Origin: Diplonema japonicum
Lineage: Eukaryota > Protista > Euglenozoa: Diplonemea
DNA: 64,000 bases
Direction: 5' to 3'
NCBI GenBank assembly: GCA_964019335.1
Contig: OZ025663.1
Span: 372,001 to 436,000, forward strand
Under the pieces are notes generated by a model that did not search any database, was not told the DNA's origin, and worked only from the letters and a program-made list of their open reading frames with translations. Positions within the stretch are counted from its first letter, which is position 1, and each line of letters opens with the position of its first letter. A program made the position numbers and the translations under genes. Positions 59,701 to 64,000 of this stretch are shown in pieces.

Positions 59701-60328
59701 ATGCACAGCGTTAGTCATCAAGATAATCGGCTTGGTCTTGGTCGCGGCAGGGTTCTACAGCGAGGATCTGGGGCATTACGGATTCGATGCTGGTGGTGTC
59801 CTGTTCATCATAAGTGGGATTGTGCTGTCGGTGAGGATTGTGTCAGGTCTTCTCGGAGAAGCCATCGTCATGATCACCAACAGACGTAAACGCCTGCAGT
59901 CGTTAAACAAAAAGCCCACTCCCACCATCGAGATTAGTCTTCTAGGCGATTGTGAAGCTGATGATGTAGAAACCTGTATTTCGAGTGCGAGTGAGACGAC
60001 TGCCACAACGAAGGGCAGGGGGCGTAGTAAGCCTCTTCTTACTGTGGAAACCAATCAGATAACACCTTGCGAAACTACTGTTTTCACGCCTTTGAGTGAA
60101 ATGCTGTGTTACACGCCGATGTCTGAGCCTGGTTTTCGCCACACGCAGAACGGTGCTGTGTTTAGCAGGAGGGCGTCCCTTTTCCCTCTTACGCCGCCCC
60201 CGTTGCATCCAGTTGTTAGTGCTGCTGTTGCTAGTGGTACTCCTACGCCCTCTCGTATAGGACGGCCGAGGAGGACTGACACAGCGCCTCTGGGGATGGG
60301 ACGTTTCCGGTATAAAACCACTATTTGA
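56708..60328 (+). CDS. Surface protein: signal peptide, small beta domain, Pro/Thr-rich mucin-like stalk, multi-pass (about 8 TM) C-terminal domain
   Basis: 1206-aa ORF with DTPAP/TPSP repeats, then LHPTKL..GAVLGNL and several hydrophobic helices with an LGPGEW motif. Confidence 0.85.
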   Translation: MICAVAFAAVVFGCGHELHVATIQALRPIAAQMGNVNHLIDNTLQECLVSGAQPLEIEITMQKPTEPLCLLRARSWFSTALELGPTKMECKNGVYAQIPFSRQTVYTSPNVYTFTFPSAPVCTSLRFTFEPVVGSLSGGRWGFQEIEVLAGSTPVPDTAAPPTAVPTSSPPTLVPPTPFPQTPSPPTPVPKTPVPATSAPATTAPATPAPATPVPDTPIPPTPAPATPSPLTPVPLTSVPATLAPVTPSPQTPAPATPAPDTPTPPTSAPDTPAPVTPAPATPSPPTPAPGTPTPDTSAPDTPAPDTLTPAFPPTPAPLTQAPATPVPKTPSPQTLAPDTSAPDTPAPLTQAPATSVPVTPSPQTPAPDTPTPAFPPTLAPSTQAPATLVPSTPSPQTLAPDTSAPDTPAPLTQAPATPVPDTSAPDTPAPDTPTPAFPPTPAPSTQAPATSVPVTPSPQTPVPDTSAPDTPAPDTPKPAFPPTSAPSTQAPATSVPVTPSPQTPVPDTSAPDTPAPDTPKPAFPPTSAPSTQAPATSVPVTPSPQTPAPDTPKPAFPPTSAPSTPAPATPIPKTPSPQTPAPKTSAPDTLAPSTLVPDTPSPQTPAPDTPAPAFPPTPAPSTPVPVTPAPDTPTPAFPPTPSPQTLMPSTVAPDTPVPVPVTVSPLDNTTFPPSTPAPDTAVPDVTLTPNVTQAPTAVPSTTPSTQLSSSATTAPTTPAPIAHIDGEAVNSIAKGALASATLLGAGTPGPVMRLVLVTQGCFDHERFPSSLHPTKLHLGSEAGGAVLGNLMLIGSVAIAMQIAKLVVPPLLMTVAPYYRLDREIIGAMTFPAGALFVMQVLFIGLCLGGMVLIVDSQSVIESVFGGLMTMLCIVVPALLFKIVANGVPKSAVYRLDEERIRWKDMLLGPGEWVAVDPASLWVSKYQSLIRCYKQSNAWFNVVDMYATLAAAGCSALQPDTAMGCGHIMMSLTVISVLYLICLCVVRPYIRAYDMILECTALVIKIIGLVLVAAGFYSEDLGHYGFDAGGVLFIISGIVLSVRIVSGLLGEAIVMITNRRKRLQSLNKKPTPTIEISLLGDCEADDVETCISSASETTATTKGRGRSKPLLTVETNQITPCETTVFTPLSEMLCYTPMSEPGFRHTQNGAVFSRRASLFPLTPPPLHPVVSAAVASGTPTPSRIGRPRRTDTAPLGMGRFRYKTTI
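57160..58870 (+). repeat. Coding Pro/Thr repeat (15-nt base unit; 129-nt higher-order unit at about 57950-58390)
   Basis: ACACCTGCTCCTGAC-type units. ACCACAAACACCTGTTCCCGAC recurs at 58081 and 58210. Confidence 0.95.
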
Positions 60329-60386
60329 AAGGTTTTTTTTTTTTTTTTTTTTTGTGCGAGTTTTTTTTTTTTTTTTGCATCAAATT

Positions 60387-60427
<41 letters not shown>

Positions 60428-60731
60428 GAAGAAGGGCTCCTCTTGGCGAACCTCTTGCTATGCAACTTCTTAAAGGGACGCGGTGGTTTCTTTTTTTTTT
60501 CTTCTTTTTTTTTCTATTCCTCTCTTCCTCTCCTTCTCCTCTAGGGCCTGCGGGTTTAAAAAAAAACGTGTTAAATGTTTTCTATTTCTAACACTTTTCT
60601 CTTCTCTTTAAAAATTAAAATAGAGAAAAACCAGGGACAGAAGCACTCTCCGTGATGAAGTCACCCCCTTTCTTTTTTTAAACTAGCAAAAGGCGGAGGG
60701 GTGTCAGACTCTGGAGGTGCCACGTCCAAGT

Positions 60732-62290
60732 CCAAATAAAAAAAAAAAAATAAAGGGGCCCCCCGAATAATCCCTTTATTTGGGCAGTGGAGGGGGGAGT
60801 GTTTGGGCTCCAAAAAAAAAGAATTATTTGGAATACACTTATTTGGGCTGGGGGGCCTGCCACATGGAAAGCAGGGAGCGGGGCTTAACATGCCAAATCG
60901 TGCCAAGAATTTTCATGCCCTTTTTTTTTTCAAGGGAAATTTTAACACTTTTTCTCCCAGGCTGTGGAGAACCCACAAACGTTGCAGACAAACCGCCTGG
61001 TTTTGGCGTTAGGTGGTTGCTGGGAGGCTTGAGAAACTGTCGGGGCTTGAGAAGCTTCAAGGGCTTGGGAGGCTGCTGGAGTCTCGTCAGGTGCAGTGTC
61101 CATTGTAACACCCGCAACTACATTCTGTGCTGCACGGTCTAAAGGGCCCGACCCCCCTTCAAAGTGCTTACTTCGCTAAGTGCTCTTAGCTGTATGGTCT
61201 CCTCGGAACTACCTGGAAGGTAGCCGCAGGACCGCATACAGCTAAAGGTGCCGAGCAGTTGCATGACCTTTCTCATGTGCCTGCCCTACCCACAGTGCCA
61301 CGTTGATTCGGCGCTCTGCTGCAGTCATCAACCAACGTCCCAGCCTCGGCGGCTTGGGGCATGCCGCAGCCCCTCCTAACCCCTCAATGGCGGGAGGTCT
61401 GAATCGCCGGTGGTACAACACAGAAGCAGCCTCACAATACGTACTTTTCCTTTTCAATCGATTGTTATATTTGTTCTAATAAAATACACTACTCAAGCGA
61501 CTGGCACCTTCCGAAGAAGGCCTCCCACGTCGATCGAGGATGCCCCGGGGCGGCCGTTCCAGTCTGATCATGTCGCACTATAACATATTTCTCATCTTCT
61601 AGAAGAAAATGGGGTTGCCCTCGTAGCTCGCCGGGCCAGCACTCTTACTTGCGTAAGCAGCCTCACAATACCGCCGGTGGGCTACGGCACAGCTTTGGGA
61701 TCTTGCTCAGGAATGGAATATTGACATTGCGGGCCATGAAAGAAGCAAATACTGGATAAGCTGTCAACACATGAATCCACGTGCCCTTCCGGCAACGCAG
61801 AAGCACCCGGGCCACCCACAAAGCGCCTTCGAACTCAGTGGTTCCGTGAAATTTTGAACCGTTCATCACGAACCATCTAGCTTCTTGCGTTAGAAAAATA
61901 GTCCCCACAATAACCCCCAGGTGCTAAGCCCCGTGGTCCCTGTTCAAAATGCAAAAGAATTGCTTGTAAGTGCCCAAAAAGCGCCCAAAACCAGGCGGAA
62001 ATCGACTTTTTGGTCAAAAAAGGGGTGTATACATGGGTTAGGTCGGCTCGGCTAGTACCCTGCACAGGCATAACTGAGAAAAGCCCGTTGCACGACTACC
62101 CTGTGACCCCCCCACCCCCCGGTCCCCCCAAAAAAAAAAGGAAAGGGGGTCGGGAATTATTTGGGAAATTTGGAGCGGAAAAATCCCCGAAAAAAAAAAA
62201 AAAAGAATTATTTGGGAAAAAAAAACACATTATTTGGGAGGGAATTATTCGGGGCCCCCCCTTTACGTTTCTTACCTATAACTGCCCACT
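60732..62290. mobile_element. Candidate decayed element bounded by TTATTTGG(G) motif clusters and a ~25-nt imperfect inverted repeat
   Basis: 60751-60774 (TAAAGGGGCCCCCCGAATAATCCC) is inverted at 62240-62265. TTATTTGG occurs three times in + orientation at each end. Confidence 0.4.
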
Positions 62291-62591
62291 TCCCCTTCCA
62301 GCTCCCTCTATCATTGTTTTAACTATTTTTTTTTGTACCCAAAACATTACATGCTGCTATTTCTTTTTTTTTTTTCTTTTTTTCTTTGTGGGGATAATAT
62401 GGAAATATAAGAAGTACATCGGATGTGTTGTGCGTGCCCTAGTGGAAGAACACCGCAGAACCTTGGTTACTAAGGGCGCCCCGGCTAGGGTTGAGTTGCA
62501 CACCGCACGCATTAACAACACGGCGCGGAACGCAGAAGAAGCTACTGCTCGGCCGAGGGGCACCCCCTGTAATGAAGTAGACTGCGCCTGC

Positions 62592-62657
62592 AGTTGGTTG
62601 TACGCCAGGCGGTTATGAGTAGCCAAAGTCATTCTTCTTCTTCTTCTTTTTTTTTTT
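62592..62657 (+). repeat. Second copy of the retroposon-like 3' motif with (TTC)n tail
   Basis: Matches 18381-18437. Confidence 0.75.
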
Positions 62658-63056
62658 ACTCCACTCTGGTATTCGTTTTGTGCCTTACGTATTTTTTGAT
62701 CTCAGGTGCTGAGTGTCAATGAAACCCTTCAAAAGAAGGCTTCCCACGAAAAAAGATTCCAACAGGCCCTTTTTTTTTTTTTTTTTTTTTTTTTGTCACG
62801 CGTCCCCCCGCTACCCTCTCTTGAGATCCAAGAAAGATATGGTTGTAAACTATCTAAGAAAAAAAAGGGGGGCACTATGCATAATATTGGCAAAAGAGAA
62901 AGGACACATAACTGTATTTGTACTATAATAGGGAGGGGGGATGAGAAGGACGGCCGGTGGAAGAAGAAAAAAGAAAGAAAGAAAAAAAACAAGGAAACCC
63001 ACGTCGATCCATCTCCCCTCCCTGCTTCTTCCCAATCGAGTATTTCTTGAGAAAAA

Positions 63057-63407
63057 ATATGGTCACCTCTCCGCTATTTGTCAATGCTTTTTTCGAAAAA
63101 TGCGAAAAAACGCTTTTTTAAATATTCACAAAAAAGGGGCAGCATGCAACCACAGGAAGTATGAAAGAAACGTGTAAATAGTCCCGAAAACTCCGTTAAG
63201 GGCTTGCTTTTGAGAAAAAATAAAATGTGGAGGGATGAAACATAAAAATGAACCGAAATTCGGCTGTCACGAAAACGGGGAAAATGCAGCAATCCCGATT
63301 TATCTTCTTCTGGAGCAAATCCAGGCATGGCTTTTGATTTTTACACTTAAAGAAATATGAAATTTGCGGGCAGTACTTTGTGACAAATAGCGGAGAGGTG
63401 ACCATAT
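63057..63407. mobile_element. MITE / non-autonomous DNA transposon, 351 bp
   Basis: Perfect 27-nt inverted repeats, ATATGGTCACCTCTCCGCTATTTGTCA (63057-63083) and its reverse complement (63381-63407). AT-rich non-coding interior. The outer ATAT, AT or TA may be the TSD. Confidence 0.85.
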
Positions 63408-63596
63408 CGACAATTATTGTAAAAAAAAAAAGAGAAAGAAAAATGGGAATTGCACTTTATAATAAAAATTGTAAAGCAGGGGTTTTCCTTTTTCTTTTTT
63501 TTTTTTCTTCTTATATATAAAAAGGAACGCTTTTTAAGCTTCCAAAGGGAATCGTGTTGTACATTTTCAATTCTATAGGTTAGCTCCAATTTCTAT

Positions 63597-63627
<31 letters not shown>

Positions 63628-64000
63628 GTTGGCCATTATTCGCTATTTGTCAAGACAGAAAACCCGTTTTTCTTTAGGAAATTGAACCTTTTCAAGATTA
63701 TGTAAAGAAAGCGGCAACATCTGACCGATAAAGGTACCTTGAATGTGTACATCTGACGAAAGAATCTACTAAAGCTGTCGCAGCCTGTTTTTCTTTTTTT
63801 CTTCTTCTTTTTTTTTTGTTCATTAGCATTGTCTCATTGAGGTCCTGTCATGGTTGCGCCTTATCACAACTAAAGTCCAACCCTGATGGACTTGATAGGT
63901 TATGCTGTTTAGATGTACTTTTCAGCAATAACGAGAACTTGTCATCTTTGTGTGTCGAGTAAAGATCCCCCCCCCCCCACTTTATCAAAAAAACTTTTTT

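Noticed and set aside
60425-60490. 12-nt reverse match (TTAAGAAGTTGC) to the 18375 retroposon-like region
   Set aside because: Too short, and the flanks do not align.
5609-63589. Many short poly-F/poly-K/poly-P ORFs and N-terminal extensions (e.g. 19028, 30941, 41771, 48778, 12729)
   Set aside because: Translations of intergenic homopolymer runs; downstream ATGs were chosen as true starts.
1-64000. tRNA, rRNA, SL RNA, U snRNA, CRISPR arrays, alternative genetic code
   Set aside because: No hallmark sequences seen by eye. Conserved genes read through with the standard code and use all three stops.

Overview
Gene-dense eukaryotic nuclear DNA, most consistent with a euglenozoan protist, probably a diplonemid (inferred from gene organisation and gene families, not proven). 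About 31 protein genes lie head-to-tail on the + strand from 1 to 60328, often with spacers of only 66-150 nt, followed by a gene-free, repeat-rich tail that includes a clean 351-bp MITE with 27-nt perfect terminal inverted repeats. Recognisable products: an androglobin-like calpain-fold protein apparently lacking its globin, ARMC1, a CLU-domain protein with about nine novel-looking repeats, a Tim44/mL45-like protein, Cwc15, GH2 beta-mannosidase, a PUB+C2+helical-rod protein, PCBD, a degenerate TilS-like protein with a probable mitochondrial presequence, a D-2-hydroxyacid dehydrogenase, a GalT/HIT-like protein, an SLC6 transporter, a Cys-less transglutaminase-like protein, a type-B carboxylesterase, an L/F-transferase (Aat) homologue and a Pro/Thr-rich multi-pass surface protein. 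The most striking signal, which the ORF track misses, is a set of 18 inferred tiny (35-68 nt) GT-AG introns filled mostly with homopolymer or simple sequence. Several are almost pure purine (poly-A), with no polypyrimidine tract or recognisable branch-point motif. Seven are stop-free multiples of 3, several of which read as poly-Lys if retained. All introns and domain calls come from manual reading and need RNA-seq and HMM confirmation.
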